64,000 nt of DNA from Paraspadella gotoi (GCA_051294375.1 CM119268.1:7212861-7276860); one strand, 5' to 3'; positions 1-14,963 are shown, counted from the stretch's first letter. The notes: generated by a model not told the origin, from the letters alone. Numbers and translations are program-made.

Positions 1-210
1 CCATTCATTTAATAACAAGCTATTTTGCCCCTGACTTTGGGCAGGCTTTGGTGGTTTAAGGCCTCCATCATCTGACAAGATAATGACATAGCAGGTCCCT
101 GCAAGCTTTTAATCAAGACTCTCTCACAGTCTCGTTTATTCACTTCCCAGAGTACCTGGCTTCCCTATCAATGAAGTGGTACATATGCTTCAAAAATGTT
201 TCCAAATGTA
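1..210 (-). repeat. Dispersed repeat, inverted copy of the unit at 38978-39510
   Basis: The reverse complement of 1-180 matches GATAGGGAAGCCAGGTACTCTGGGAGTGAATAAACGAG...GTCAGGGGCAAGATAGCTT...AATGAATGG. Confidence 0.85.
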
Positions 211-472
211 TATATTGTATTTATATTCTTTCTTTACTTTTCACGACTCCAAAACAATTTTTTTTTTTATCTGAGTCTCTTTTATGTTTTCTTTGTCTCC
301 GGCTTCATTCCTTTCTCATCAGTCGCCTTACCTCGGTAGGACTTCTCCGCGCGGGCGGTACACATCCCTCAACTTTCTGGAGCGAACTCATTCGTCTCCT
401 GCTTGCCAATCCGAGACTCTGGGCTGAGATAGATCATAATAGATAAAGGGACTCTGTCTCTCTCTCTCTCTT

Positions 473-523
<51 letters not shown>

Positions 524-1046
524 TCTCTCTCTCTCTCCCTGCGATGGAATGAGGACAGGGAACTGATTTGGAAGAAAAAGTACTGTATTTAGAAACTCTC
601 TCTCTCCTCTCTCTCTCTCTTATCCCTCTCCTCTCTCTCCTCTCTCTATAGTGATAGAATGAGGACGGGCAACTGATTTGGAAGAAAAAGTTACTTGTAA
701 TTAGAAACTCTCTCTCACACCACTCTCTCTCTCTCTCTCCTCCTCTCTCTAAATGATTGTAAAATTTTCTGTTTGGGTCTCTCTTCGAGGGAAAATTCAA
801 TCAGAGAGAGATCAAGATGAGAGAAACAGAGAGAAGGTTTGATCCTTGACGAGAAACAAAACAACTTGAACTCTCTTTCTTATACCACAAAACCAAAAAA
901 GGGTTCGCCACTCAACCACAAAACCCACGTCATATCACCGCCTTTTACCACAAGTCCTTTTTATTTTTCGCGACGGAGAAAAATCTAGGGATTTGATGAT
1001 GAAGGAAAGGAGAATTTCGGAGTAATCCGGGTGCCGGAGAGAGAGA

Positions 1047-1100
<54 letters not shown>

Positions 1101-1254
1101 GGAGAGAGAGAGGGAGGAGAGAGAAGAGAGAAATCGTCGAGCTATCATCGTCGAAAGTCGAAAGGCTTCCCGTTGAAAAGTGGGACGAAGAAAATTGGAG
1201 GAGAGAAGAGAGAAAGAAGGAAAGAAAGAATTAAGAGTGAAGGTTTAAAAGGAA

Positions 1255-1294
<40 letters not shown>

Positions 1295-2359
1295 AGAGAG
1301 AGAAGAGAAAAGAGAGAGAGACAGCAATGAAAGCCAAATTCACGATTCCGATGATGACAGAGGACAATGATCATTTTTGGAAATAAATAATAAGATAACA
1401 TATTTCACCTTAAATGGCATAACAAATGTCAAAATGGGACGGCAATAAGTGATTTTCGTACCATAAATCGTTTTTCCTTAAATAGTAGTTGTCAAGAAAC
1501 TTGCGATTTCACTATTGCTTGTTTTTTTCTTGTCGATCATCCCATTTTTGTCCAGTTGACATTTTTGTCTATATTAGTATTAGTATTATTAAATATTATT
1601 ATAATATATGTATCTGTGTTGGGGCCGCGCGTTCCCCTTCGCGTTTTGGATCGAAAATGAAGCATCTTCCCTGCGGTCCTGGATTGGCGGGCCTGGACCA
1701 ATCACCATCGAGAATTGGAGAAGATAATTTTACCTTTTTTCCGCGGTTTCGCGCGCAGCCATTGAGGAAACGCGTTGGTCGTAGTATATTTTGTGATGCA
1801 TTTGATCTTGTAAAACGGACGGCCAACCCGTTTTCAACCCAGTCGAGGTTATTATTATTGCGACGCACGATATTCTTAATTTGTTTTTTAACTTGTTTTT
1901 ACCCTGTTTTAACTATTTTTTTTTAAATTGTTTTATTTGATTTTAAACGTTTATTCGTGCCTTTTTACGTTGATACTAATACATGTTTCTTTCTAACCTC
2001 ACTAACCTTCGAATTCGTGGCCGGAGCAATTTAGGTTATTCTGAGTACAAGATCAAAACAATTATTATTAGTATTATTCTCTTTGCTCAGTCATGTGGAT
2101 GAGCTTAAGCGTTTAACTTGTCAGTCAGCTTGGCTTTTTTTATTTCTTTCTTAAACAAGTTATATACTATATAGTTTTCTGGTGGGGCTCTAAGAGATGG
2201 TGATCAGTTTATGTCTGACTGTCTGTCTTTAGACTGTCCGTCCTCCGTCTGTCTCTCCTAAGAGAAGAGAATTCTCACTAGTTTGTTTTGAGTCCTCGCA
2301 AAACGAGATTGAGAATAAGGAAAACGATCAATCAATAGCCGGAATCAGCCCCTGTCTCC

Positions 2360-2390
<31 letters not shown>

Positions 2391-2554
2391 TTCTTTCTCT
2401 CTCTCTTCTCTCCGTCCTTCTTTCCCTCCCTCTTACCCTATTTTTCAAATATTTTGCTGTAAGAATTCGACAAATTTTGCAAAAAAGTGGAAAGTTTTAG
2501 GAATTTTTTTTTCCTCTCGAGCTTCTAAGTAAAGTGATACCAATCTCATGTTAT

Positions 2555-3050
2555 CGCATTCAGTCGAATTCAGTCGAATTTGGTTACATTCAGTTTCATT
2601 TAATCTCATCCACTCTATAATTTTTTTAAGGTCTTGATATAGTCTCCTTCAATTTTATCTTAGTCACATTCATTCTCATTTATTCACTTTAATTCAGTAC
2701 ATTCAGTCTCTGCAAGCTGATGCAGTCTCACTCAGCTATATTCGGTTTTATTCCAGCCACAAGACTCATGTACTCTTTTTTAGCTTTATTCAGTCTTATT
2801 CAGTCTCATTCAGTTTTTGACAGTCTCATGAGTCTCATTCTGCCCTATTCAGTCTCATTTAGTCAATTCAGTCTCATCAGTCTCCGCAAGGCTCATGCAG
2901 TCTCATTAAGCCTTATTCAGTCTCATTCAGTCACATCAGTCTCTGCAAGGCTCATGCAGGCTCATTCAGTCTTATTCAGTGTCATTCAGTCACATCAGTC
3001 TTTTCAAGGCTCATGCAGTCACATTCAGTCCCGTTCAGGTCTCATTCATT
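2555..3050. repeat. Degenerate 10-bp minisatellite (CATTCAGTCT)n
   Basis: Repeated ATTCAGTC(T/A)C units. Confidence 0.85.
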
Positions 3051-3269
3051 CCACACTTCCAGAATAAAGAAGAATTTTGAATCGTAGAGGAGAAAGGTTT
3101 AGGATTTGGGCCGCTGACTTCCGCTGCCGACACCGCGCGACGCCCTGGCGGCTTTCCGACGCCGTTTGCCGACACATTGCCCCGGCGACGCTTCCCTCGT
3201 CGAGTCTCAGGTGAAAACCGATGATTAATTCATGAGAAATTTTGAGATTTCGGTCGACGGAGGAGAAGG

Positions 3270-3745
3270 AGGAGGAAGAGGAGGCGGCGGCGGAAGCGGT
3301 AGTGAAAGCGGTGGTGGAGTCGGTAGTGGAAGCGGTGGTGGAAGCGGTGGCGGAAGCAGGTAGTGGAGCGGTGGTGGAGTCGGTAGTGGAAGCGGTGGGT
3401 GGAAGCGGTGGCGGAAGCGGTAGTGGAAGCGTGGAGGAAGCAGTGGTGGAGGCAGAGGGAAGAGGCGGTGGTAAAAAGGGTTTTGGAGGAGGCAGTGGGG
3501 GAGTCGTGGTGGGACGCTGGCCAGTGGTTGAGGCGGTGGTAAAGTCAAAGGCAATAGTGGTCAGAAGGTGGTTGTATTTGTGGGTAATGCAAGGCTGTGT
3601 TGGTAAGAAAGCAGTGGTACATTTATGGGTAGACGGCGGAGGCAATATAGAAGTGGTGGAGCGGATGCGGAGGCGGATGAGGAGGCGGAGAGGAGGCGGT
3701 ACGGTGGTGGAGGCGGAGGCCGGCGGCGGAGGCGGAAGCGGAGCG
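3270..3745. repeat. GC-rich 12-bp minisatellite (GCGGTGGTGGAA-like)
   Basis: Repeated GCGGT(A/G)GTGGA(A/G) units; these explain the low-complexity ORFs on both strands. Confidence 0.8.
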
Positions 3746-4700
3746 TGGCGGATGCGGAGCCTGGTGAGATATGAAAAGTGGAAGAGGAAAAGGAGAGGAA
3801 GAGGAAGAAGAGGAAGAGAAAATAGGAACGGGGCGTCCATGTATGAAGGAGGAGTTGACAAGGCGACCATACATAGGACCTTAGAGGCCAGTTTGTTACG
3901 CCTCTCTGTTTCACGTGCTCAATCATATCCTCTCTCTCTCTTTGTCTCTCCTCTCTGTCTCTCACTCTCTCTTTCTCTCTTTTCACCTCTCTCTCTCTCT
4001 CTCTCTCTTTCTCTTTGTATCTCTGTCTTAGCCCCCCCCTCTCTCTCTCTCCTCTCTCTCTCTCTCTCGCTCATTTATCTTGCGTCTTTGAAATTTTGAA
4101 TATATTTTTCTTTCTCATGCTTTTAAGGATTCTTATTTTGTTTGCAACTTGTTTTTTTTCTCGATTCACGTTTTCCACGCCTTTTACCGTGAATAAGAAA
4201 AACGGAAATTGAAAATGTTTGTTTAACAAAAAGGTTCATTTAATTGTCAAAAAATGACAATTGACTGAGAGTAACTGACTGAAATTGACAAATTTTGTCT
4301 TAAAAATGTTGAAATTGATTAAAAAAAACAAATAAACAAACAAAATGTCAAATTACAAAGTATTAGGCTTTTCTAGAAATATCGTGAACCCCAGATCAAA
4401 ACATAAATTCTTCCTCTCACGGATTTTATGGTGAATGGCCTCACAAAATGTCTCTCTTCTGCATCTCACGTCCTGAGCGAAGACGGGCCAGCTTTCTATT
4501 CTTTTTCTTTTGGTGCGATGCAAGAAGATATGAATGACGCATGACGACAACCATAACGGGCTAAAGACGACGACCGACGAAACGACGACGACGACGATGA
4601 AGATGGCGCGGAAGACGACGACGACGACGACGATAGCAGTTCCAAAATGTGTGGGGTCGGAGCACGAATACGAACGAATATGTATCATTGCCGGTTTTGG

Positions 4701-4733
<33 letters not shown>

Positions 4734-4741
4734 AAAAGAGA

Positions 4742-4788
<47 letters not shown>

Positions 4789-6139
4789 AATCGCAAGGCT
4801 GACTGAAGCTAAGGACGAGAAACGAATCAAGGTGTAAACTTGTGGCCATTAATGGTACGTGTCGTTAGTCGTTGCGAAAAAGGGAGGAAAAAGAAAGGAG
4901 ACGAGGAGAAAAGAAAAGCAGAAAAGAAGAAAAAGAAAAAAAAGAAAAGAAAAAGTGTTTTTTAAGTAGAGAGAGAGAAAAAAAAGATCATCACGGTGAT
5001 TGGTTCATGCTCAGAACCAATCGTATTTTACTTCTCAAACTCGAGACTCCTTATTGGCTGATTTTCCCTTACCCTGCTTTTAATCCGACCTATCAGAAAC
5101 CTTTTAAATTCTCCTTAATTTCTGATTCGTTGTTTTAATTCTAACTCTTTTCTTCTTGTTTCTTTTCACCGTCTGTGACCATTTTCTTTCTTTCTTTTTT
5201 TTTTCGTCAATGAAAAACCATTCGTTCTCATTTTCTCTCGATGAGGAAGGAGAAGAAAAGAGAAGTAAAGAGAAGAAAAGAGAAGTAAAGAGAAGAAAGA
5301 AAAAAAGAGTAAATAAAGAAAAAAAGAAATGGGGGGGAAAATAGCAGAAGAAAAAAAAATGAAATGAGAAGAAAAAAGAAAGATAAAAACGTAAACAAAA
5401 CAAAAGTGAAGGGAAAGAGATAAAACAATAACGAAGGAAAACTTGAACAAGATCAACTTGGACATTGAACGTCTGACCTCAAGTTGTAGGTTCAATCAGA
5501 GCTTGGTTGTAAATTGTTGTCGTCGTCGTTGTTATGGTTTTTGACGCTTAACAGGCAAAAGAAAAAAGAAAAAAAAAGTAAATAGCAAAAACACAAAACA
5601 AAAATATTAAATATAAAAAAAAGAAGAAAATAGTAAAGAGAAGAAGAACACTTAAAAAAAATTATAAGAAAAGAAAGAGACAAATAGACAAAGTAGAAGG
5701 AAAATAAAAAAGGAAAAAAGATAAAAGAATAAGGGAAATGACCAGAAGAAGAAGTGAGAAACTGTTTTTTTTTTTCTCTCTCTCTCTCTCTCCCTCTCTC
5801 TCTCTCCAAAAGTCAAAAGACATATCGGAGGCGAATCTCGCGCGAGAATCCATTTCATATCAAAGGAGAGAGAAAAACAGGGAAAAAAGAAAGAAAGAAA
5901 AAAAAAAGAAAAGGAAACGAAAAAAAAAGACAAGAAAGAATTTCCTCACCTTGCAGAAAGAATCCGCTTGCTGTTGCTGGGCCACGTCCGAGTCGATGAG
6001 GGCGGGTAGGTGGGGAACAGATCAGCAGGTGGGTGATCGGGGGGGGGGGTGAGTGCGGTAATGGCAAGGCTACGAGGGGCAAGATAGAATTTAAGTAAAG
6101 CGCGATAGAGGCGGGCGTTACACCCCCGCGCTTCCGATT

Positions 6140-7494
6140 ACCATTAACCCCGATTTATCCGTCAGCAGGCAATTTCGCGAAATCCGAGAGGAGAAAAAAT
6201 CGTTGTCCTCCGCCGTGTGGCCGGAAGTGCTTAGTGGGTAGGTTTGATGTTGTGGTGGGCTCGTTGGGCGTGTCGGTAAAGTGTGGGCCCGAAGGGCTGG
6301 AAAGAGTATGGAGCGAGATGGGGTGGTGAGGACGTTGAGTGTGCCCGGCGCCGGGTGGCGGGCGGCGTGGACCGTCGGCGGCCCGAATAGGCTCTGAGTT
6401 GACCAAGAATCCGATGGAATGATTATGGGTGTAAGTCCCGAAGCCTTTTAGCCTTGCGTGGAACAAAAAAAAAGGAGAGAGAGTCCGCGATAGAGAATTT
6501 ATAAAGTAGCGCCAGTCTGTGTTTCTAGACAGCGAAAAGGGAATGAGAAAATTGATTGAGAGAGACGATAGGCGAACGTTCGAGAGATAACAGGCGTAGA
6601 ATCTCGTCGCAAGCGACTGAGAACGGACAGCTACCCTCTGAATGATCGATCATGATGCTACATGATGACGATTAGGATGAGCGATCGCCGGCAAGTGTTT
6701 AACAGAACCAGTAAGGTAAACAGACTCGGACGTCCAGAGATCGTATTTAAGATGATGATCAGTGGCAAGCCTGACATGGCTCCGTGCACCATGTGACGGA
6801 CCGACGAGACCGGATACTGAGAAAACGATCATTCCAATTCATGCGTTCCAAGACATCTTGCTGTTTCTAAAAAGGAAGGGACAGAGCGAGAGTCTGTCCA
6901 GCAGAATATGGACCAGATGAAAGGGATAGCTGAAAAGGGACACGAGAGAGAGAGAATGAGCACAGATGATCAGAGAGCAGAGAGAACGAGAGAGGGATTG
7001 ATGAGATAGAGGACGACGTAAACAGAGAGAGAGAGATGAGAGAGAGACAGAGACCAATAGAGGCCGGAGGGTGTGAAAGCGAGAACGGGGGGGCGCCAAG
7101 GTTGGCCGAGAAATGTCACGGGTGAGAGAAGCCAGTCACACCCCGAATCTCACGAAATTCTTCACCTTTTGGATGAAAAACTGGAAACAGGAAGAAAAAG
7201 ATAGTAGACAGAAAAAGTCGGGGATAGAGGGTTGTTATCAAAAGATTAAGGCAGAAAGATGGGGATAATAAGATGGAGAAAAAATATGGAAGAGAGAAGA
7301 TAACTTTAAAAAGAGCGAATAATCTAGTTTCTATCTATTTTTAAAGCATACATAAAAGGATTAGATTAAAAAATGAGATGAATAATACATAGAAAATAGA
7401 GAGATATGAAAATTGGAGAAAAAATAGGAAAGATAACGGAGAGACCGAAAAAGAAATGTAGAGAGAGAGATGAGAGAGAGAGAGAGAGAGAGAT

Positions 7495-7533
<39 letters not shown>

Positions 7534-10500
7534 TATATCGAAATTCCATTTTCTTTTTTGGTCCTTTTTCGCTTCCTTCTTTATATTTTCTCTCTCCGTT
7601 GGAAAACCAAATATTATTTTTTTTGAATTGAAGTGGGGCTGCAAATGTCGTTCGAAACTAGAACGTATACGATATAAATTTGGTATCGTTGTGAAAGAGA
7701 TATTGCGCAAACTTAGCGCGCCGAATCTCCAAAATTTCATGTAAATCGGAATCTCACGCTTCAAAAGTATAATCGCGCGCAATTTAAACAGACCCGCGAA
7801 ACAAACCTGCTGTCTCCGCCGGATCAACTCCGCGCTATTTACACGATTGTCCCGTCCTTTGGCTTCTACAAAGACACTAGTACTTTACGTCCTGTTCAAC
7901 ATCATTTACGCAAACGCCCGAATTTACGCCTAAGCCTCGAATGCGTGACTCCGGGCCCTTCAATAAGAATTTAATTTGAACTACCGAAGCCTCGGACGAA
8001 GGAGTAAAACACACTTATAATAAACGAAATAGAAGGGCGAATAATTTATTTTTTATACCCAATTATGGATTTGATAACTAAAACCTAAAAAAAACAGCAT
8101 ATGCGCAAAAAAATTATAGCCAAGAAACAGACTATAATTTAAGTAATAGAAAGCGCGGAGGAAACGTCCTCTTACCCGCTGCTATTAAATTTTGAGCACC
8201 ATCGGTTGCAGATTTGTGTGATTAAAAGATAATCAACTTTTTACTTTTAAGAACTATTCGCCTATAGAAAATATTTAGATATTTTTATTATTAATTCTAA
8301 TCAATGAACAGAGATCTTGCCAGCTATGATCTTAATATGTGAGTGATTTCGCTAGGATATGGCGAAAGTTAGTTTTTTAATCATTTTGTTTTGTTATTGA
8401 TTTTGTTATTAATTATTGAAACTGAAATACTTAATTAACAGCTCTACTTTTAATTTCTCTTCATAACGGCTAGATCATATAATTGATACGGATTCTCGTC
8501 CTTGAATTTTGTGTGTTCAACCACAAAAAATCGATCCAGTCTAAAACAAGATTCATCTTGAACTGTACATATCCTCACCAAAACCATTCTTTGCCTAAAG
8601 GCATCCCTCCAAACACGAAACACGTCATTATCTTAACATGGTATTAATTCCTCCAATATTTACATTTTAATTTCACCATTACATGAAATTTTCTTTTCAG
8701 TGGCTCAGTTTTAATCTCGCTATTTACGCAAAGTGGTTAATAACTCATTCTGCTCATCTGCTCTGGCCCCAGAGTCAAAGCACTAGTCACTAACCAATAA
8801 TGTTCAAAAATTTAACAAACGTGAAAAATGTGTAATTGTCGAATGTTCAATTGTTTCTTATTTTATTTCTTAGCAATTAAACCATAAATGCCCGAAGCCC
8901 CACATTACAAAATTTGTAATTCATTAAACATTTCCCAATCAGAAAAAGATATAAGATAAGCAGTGATTAAAGAGTTCTTCTGAGTAACCTTTTGTTTGTA
9001 ACTGAAAGCTGCATTCTAGATTCGCCTAAATATTGTCAAAAATAAATTTACAATTAAAAAAGTTTTCATTGCATGCAATGGCAATAATCATTGAATGGAA
9101 CGTACTTCATACCTTAAAAGAGAGGAGTGCGGGAATTGTTTTCGGTGTTTGAAGATCAGAAGATTTGCGTTCGTTTCGGCGTAATACGAGTTCTGTTCGC
9201 CGCGGTCCGCCGCCAGGAGTGCGGCCAGGAGGCGGCCTGAGGGGTGGCTGCCCAGCGACGGAGCTTGAGGGTCGACTCCGTCATCCGTTGCATTATTGTC
9301 CCGCCTCCCTCCACGCTCGGTTCTCAATTCTCGTACAATCGAGGACTGGTCCTCGTTCCTTTCCGGGCAAGTTTCCCATTTTGAATGTTAAGGTCCACTT
9401 ATGAGCAGCCATTACAAGAAAGGGGGCCGTGGTAAGGGGCGGAGAGCCGGTGTTTTCCGTGTAGCGCCGGCGCGCGCACGGAGTCTGCGAAGCGGTCCTG
9501 CTTAGAGCTTAATGGGAGCTGAGTATTTTTTCGAGCTGACGGTGGTCGAAGTCTTTGTTTGGCTGTAGCGCGGCAGCGACTTCTTGGCCGAAAGGCTTGC
9601 TCCGCTAGTGCGGTTACGCAGCTGCCGATTCTCGGCTTCAGTCTACTTCCGGTCCAACACCGGAAGTTTCTCCTGGGCACTGCTACCATTCGGGTGCGCG
9701 TACGCTCCTCTATCGTTTTTCAGCTCCCTAAATATGAAAAGGATGGAGGCAGGGAGAATGCACGCCACGGAAATCCCAATCACAACGATATCAGCGCGCC
9801 TGAGGGCCCGACTGAGGATTCCTTTAGACCCGGTATGGTCGGCAATCCTTTTCCCACGAGTCCATTCTAGATTTTGATTTGATTGCTTCGACATCCCCAT
9901 CAGGCGATGGTTTGCCTACTGTTACGATTTAAACCTCCGCATCCTCGCTTTTGGTGTTAATTTGTCATCCCTTACACTTTATAAACAATAATACACGCCA
10001 CCATTGTTGTAAGCAACCACACATCCAACGTCTACATGTTAATGCGGTTACAACTCGCCATTACCTTCTCCATTGTTATTCTAAAAACAAGTTACAGTTT
10101 TCACTTGTTGATCTCATTTCATCACATATATTATATTAACAAAGATCTCGACAATGATTTATGCGCTAGCAAATTTTGATCAACACATAAGATATGCCTA
10201 CGGCGTTAGTGGCAGAGAGATTGTGAAAAAACAAAAATAGCTGCATCATCTCTGAAAATCCTTATAAGTCCTTAAAAGAACAACAAACATTTTTATCTTG
10301 AATCGATCGAATTATCAAGATGGATCTTTGCTTATAAAATAGTATGATTAACTAGTACAAAAAATATTTTTTGTTCCTGTCTCGCGGAACAGAAAATGTT
10401 AAAATATAAATATGATGTAAATTTAAACCTCCATTCTTATACAAATACATTCATTTTAAAAAGTATTTTTTTTTAAAACTTTTAATTAAAGATTCAGAAT

Positions 10501-13127
10501 TCATTCAACTAAAAGTTTGTGTGTCAAAATATTAAAACATCGTTATCAAAAATATGTAATAATCTATCCATTCAACATTTAAAATTGCGGAAAAAAAATA
10601 AACAAACTTTCATCGATCTTTTTATTCTCTTGTAGTAGAAAACTTATCATATATAGCTTAAAAACGTTCTTAGTCCTTTCTTTGCGATCTGTGACAGACC
10701 TCACCTAAAATATTCTCTCATTTAATAGTATTTTTATAAAGTTTTTAGTTTTTTTACGGGCAAATCCAAATCTGTTTCTGCAAATAATAAAGAAACATTA
10801 TTATGTTTCTAAAAGCTATTGACCAATTTTATAAGTTTATATTACTATATAAATTAATTGCAACTTTTACCTATACTTGTTATGCTAAAAATAATTCTGC
10901 GTTAATTAAATTATCCACTATTATCATATCCATAAGCAGCAAAAAAATTAATGTTCACAACTCACATCACGTATCTCTTTACATCATCTTTCCACCATTA
11001 ATTCAATACCCATGAATAACCCTTTACAAGTGCCTTAGGGTCAACAAATCCGACTCAAAGCAGAATTTTTTTTATATCTAATGCCTTAATCTTATTTAAA
11101 TTTGTTTTATAAAATATTTAAGTTATTTTTAGCTATGCTTCAATTTTAATGTTTATAAATTTAACAGTATCTACAAAGCAGAAGCTTTACTTGTGACCTC
11201 CCCCAACTTTCTACAATTTTGAATTTATAAATATATACTAGAATTCTTTTTAAAAATATTACATACCTTTTGAATAGGATTATTCTTTAAAAATGAAGAT
11301 ACAAATTCTCTTTAACGTCATCGCAAGCACTAATTAATTAATATAAAGTCTATATTTTTCATCATGGAGAAAAGTGCATTTTAACAACGAATTTTTTTTT
11401 TTTTTCCAAATATTTCGACTTATGTTGCTAAGTCAATCATCAGTGCAGAAAGTGAAAAAACCGAGAAAAATGAATTTGTTAAAAGAGCTATTAGAGAGAA
11501 AGGGAAAGAGAGAGAGAGAGAGAGAGAAGACAGCGAGGAAGACAATGACCTTGGTAGGAATAGCAGTAGTCATTAAACAAAACACATCAGTGCAATTTTG
11601 ACCCAAAAGACCCAAATAAATACTATGGAGAGGGCGCGCACACCAACAACTTTAAAACTCTCTTCTTCTTCTTAAGAAAAAATTGCTTCAGCCAATAAAT
11701 CGTTCTTATTTCTTTCTTGAACGCTGTAAATTCCATTCTATTATCCTCCATTTCTCCAAATCGCTGTCCCTTATCTCGACCTTCGAAAGCACGTTAAAAA
11801 TCACTAAAAAACAAAAAAAAATCTTATTCTTATGATACCCAAAATTTCGTGAAGCTTTTGAAATCAGACGGCACAAGCAGCGGCCCAGGAGGGGATCTCA
11901 ACGAGGACTGCGGGGCCTACATAAAAAACCCGATGCTTGGAACCCGCTCTTCCATGAACTGCAACTGACAGAGGGCAGGTCGGGCGGGCTACCCAATTTA
12001 TTTGCGGTCTTTTGCGTCAAAAATTTCACTCGATGGTGTTTTTTAATGCACTACTGCCATATTCCTTACCAAGGTCATTCTTTCTTCTTCTTCTCTCTCT
12101 CTCTTTTTCCCTTTCTCTCTTACTCTTCTTAACCAAACTCATTTTTCTCGTCTTTCTGCCACTGATGCATGGATCTTATGCAACATACAGTCTCGAGATA
12201 TCTTGGATATATAAACAAAAAACAAAATCTTCGCTATGTGTTATTTGCACTTTTTCTCCATGCATGAGAGATTACAAAACTACTTTTCCCCAAAATTCTG
12301 CAGTTTCTTACTATTACTATCTATGGAATAAAGTTAGAAAACACTTTTTCGATCTGTCAGGATTTTACTTGAACAATGTTCTCTCAACATTTTTTCCTAG
12401 ATAGTACAAAATCATAGAAAGATGGAGACGGTCTCAGAAATAATAGCTTATTCGCTTTGTAAGTATATGGATTAGATGCGTATAAATATTTACAATTTAA
12501 ATATTAAAATTTAAATGTATTTATTTATAAAAAACATTTCCGCAAAACATTTTTATTCTCTCTAAAGCCATAAGGATCGATAAGAACAAATCATGGATTT
12601 GACGACAATTTTTGATACTCAAATCTCTTCTTTCTTNNNNNNNNNNNNNNNNNNNNNNNNNCAGTAAACCCGATATCCTCGGGCGACGCAAACGAGAAGA
12701 AAAAATGGCTCTCGCGTGTGGGCGGAAGTTGGTGGTAGTTGTGTGTGTGGGTATGGCTTGGTTAAAGTTGAGGGGCGAGGTGAAGATGGGGGACGAGGTG
12801 CCAGGGGTAGAGGGGCGGGGCGTGGGCGGGCGGAAAGGCAGTGACAAAGAATCGATGAATGGGTAAGTCGAACTTTTAGCTGCGTGGAAAAAAACAGGAG
12901 AGAGAGTGAGTATAATGTAGTGCCAGAGTCCTGTGTTTCGTAGAGGAAAGGATGGAGAATAGAGGAGAAGAAGAGAGAGAGAGAAGAGAGAGAGAGAAGG
13001 AGATAGAGAGAGGAGAAAAAAAAAATGCAGAATCTAGTGTTTCTAAAAGGAAGGAAGAGAGCTGGTCGGAAAATGGGACAGAGAGGAAGGAAAAAGGGAG
13101 AGAGGAGAGAGACAGAGAGAGAGAGAA

Positions 13128-13160
<33 letters not shown>

Positions 13161-13602
13161 GAGAGAGACAGGAGACCATAAGAGGGCGGAGGGTGTGAAA
13201 GCGAGAACGGGGGGGGCGCCAAGGTTGGCCGAGAAATGTCACGGGTGAGAGAAGCCAGTCACACCCCGAATCTCACGAAATTCTTCACCTTTTGGATGAA
13301 AAACTGGAAACAGAAAGAACAAAGATAGAGACAGAAAGTCGGGGATAGAGGGTTGTTATCAAAAGATTAAGGCAGAAAGATGGGGATAATAAGATGGAGA
13401 GAAAAATATGGAGACGGAAAGAGAGAAGATAAGAAAATTTAAAAGAGCGAATAACTAGTTTCTATCTATTTTAATGCATACATTAAAAGGATTAGATTAA
13501 AAAATGAGATGACATAATACATAGAAAAATAGAGAGATATTGAAAGTTGGAGAAAAAATAGTGAAAGTAACGGAGAGACGAAAAGAAATTAGAGAAAGAG
13601 AT

Positions 13603-13642
<40 letters not shown>

Positions 13643-13770
13643 AGAGAGCAGGAGAGAGAGAGTTTTTTATATCGAAATTCCATTTTCTTTTTTGGTCCTT
13701 TTTCGCTTTCCTTCTTATATTTTTCTCTCTCCGTTGGAAAACCAAATATTATTTTTTTGAATTGAAGAAA
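6140..13770. repeat. Duplicated block: ~6140-7630 recurs at ~12662-13770
   Basis: Shared sequence such as GCGAGAACGGGGGGGCGCCAAGGTTGGCCGAGAAATGTCACGGGTGAGAGAAGCCAGTCACACCCCGAATCTCACG at ~7080 and ~13200. The second copy starts immediately after a 25-N gap. Confidence 0.85.
12637..12661. other. Assembly gap (25 N)
   Basis: Run of N. Confidence 0.99.
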
Positions 13771-13897
13771 CTTGTTTTTTTTTCTCTATTGGTCATAAAA
13801 ATTTTTTTAACTAAGTCGCAATAGAGAGAAGAAGGCTAAAATTCTTTTCTTGACAGTAAAGTAAGTAATAAGTAAAGTAAGTAAGTAAGTAAGCGAG

Positions 13898-14160
13898 TTT
13901 AGGGATTAGGTTAGTGATAGATTAGATTAGGAGTTGGAATGATGATAGATTAGATTAGGGATTAGGTTAGTGATAGATTAGATTAGGGATTAGGTTAATG
14001 ATAGATTAGATTAGGGATTAGGTTAGTGATAGATTAGATTAGGGATTAGGTTAATGATAGATTAGATTAGGGATTAGGCTAGTGATAAAGGTTAGTAACA
14101 TGGTTTAAAGGATTAAAGATTAAGGTTATGGATTCGGGTTAGAGATTAGGTTAATGATTT
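13898..14160. repeat. 28-bp minisatellite containing TTAGG/TTAGGG motifs
   Basis: GATTAGATTAGGGATTAGGTTA(G/A)TGATA repeated about 5 times, then decaying. Confidence 0.85.
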
Positions 14161-14292
14161 AAGCCTACACTTCTAACCTCTTTAGACTGTCTCTCTTTAC
14201 ATTCAAAAATCCCCTTATTCCCCAGACGAGTCCGTCACATCGATGGAAAATTAATTTCGGATCGACCCTCCAAACCCGCGACCTTGCCAACC

Positions 14293-14392
14293 NNNNNNNN
14301 NNNNNNNNNNNNNNNNNNNNNNNNNNNNNNNNNNNNNNNNNNNNNNNNNNNNNNNNNNNNNNNNNNNNNNNNNNNNNNNNNNNNNNNNNNNN
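14293..14392. other. Assembly gap (100 N)
   Basis: Run of N. Confidence 0.99.
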
Positions 14393-14424
<32 letters not shown>

Positions 14425-14892
14425 ACAAGTATTCATTTTACTTTAAAACGCGTCCTTTTAGGCTCAGTTGAAGAGAGAAACAAATAGGAAAGTCAAAATC
14501 GATTTAATACTTAAGGTAATTTGTAAAATTGAGTCAGTGTTGGCTGGAGCAGCTTATTATCAGTTTCACTCGCCAAAAATAAAAATGTTAATGTAAGCAC
14601 CTTATACAAACTGGTTGTTCTAATTCTCAAACACAACGAAAGGAAAGGATTTGCACCGGATTTTAATACTTTACAGTTTGAAAAGTTAAACAAAAAATAT
14701 CATTTCTTGTCAATGATAAATCACTAAAATTGTTTTGTTCAGTCTTTTGTTTAAATGTTTTTTTTCCTTTTTCCCGTTTTCTATTTGGATTTACGTCACT
14801 AGTGCTGAGTATATTCAGCATCTATGGATATTTTAATGCTCGACAGATATTAGTATCTAAAGAGAAAGAGAGAGAGAGAGAGAGGAGAGAGA

Positions 14893-14963
<71 letters not shown>

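Noticed and set aside
300-330. Hammerhead-like CTGATGA-GAAA on the minus strand (CTGATGA also near 27660, 29010, 33753)
   Set aside because: No stem II and no compatible stems I/III around the motifs.
9088-9900. GC-rich island with several overlapping short ORFs
   Set aside because: No recognisable protein or RNA motif and no consistent splice structure.
13898-14160. Telomere-like TTAGG/TTAGGG repeats next to a gap
   Set aside because: The motifs are embedded in a 28-bp minisatellite and do not form a pure telomeric array.
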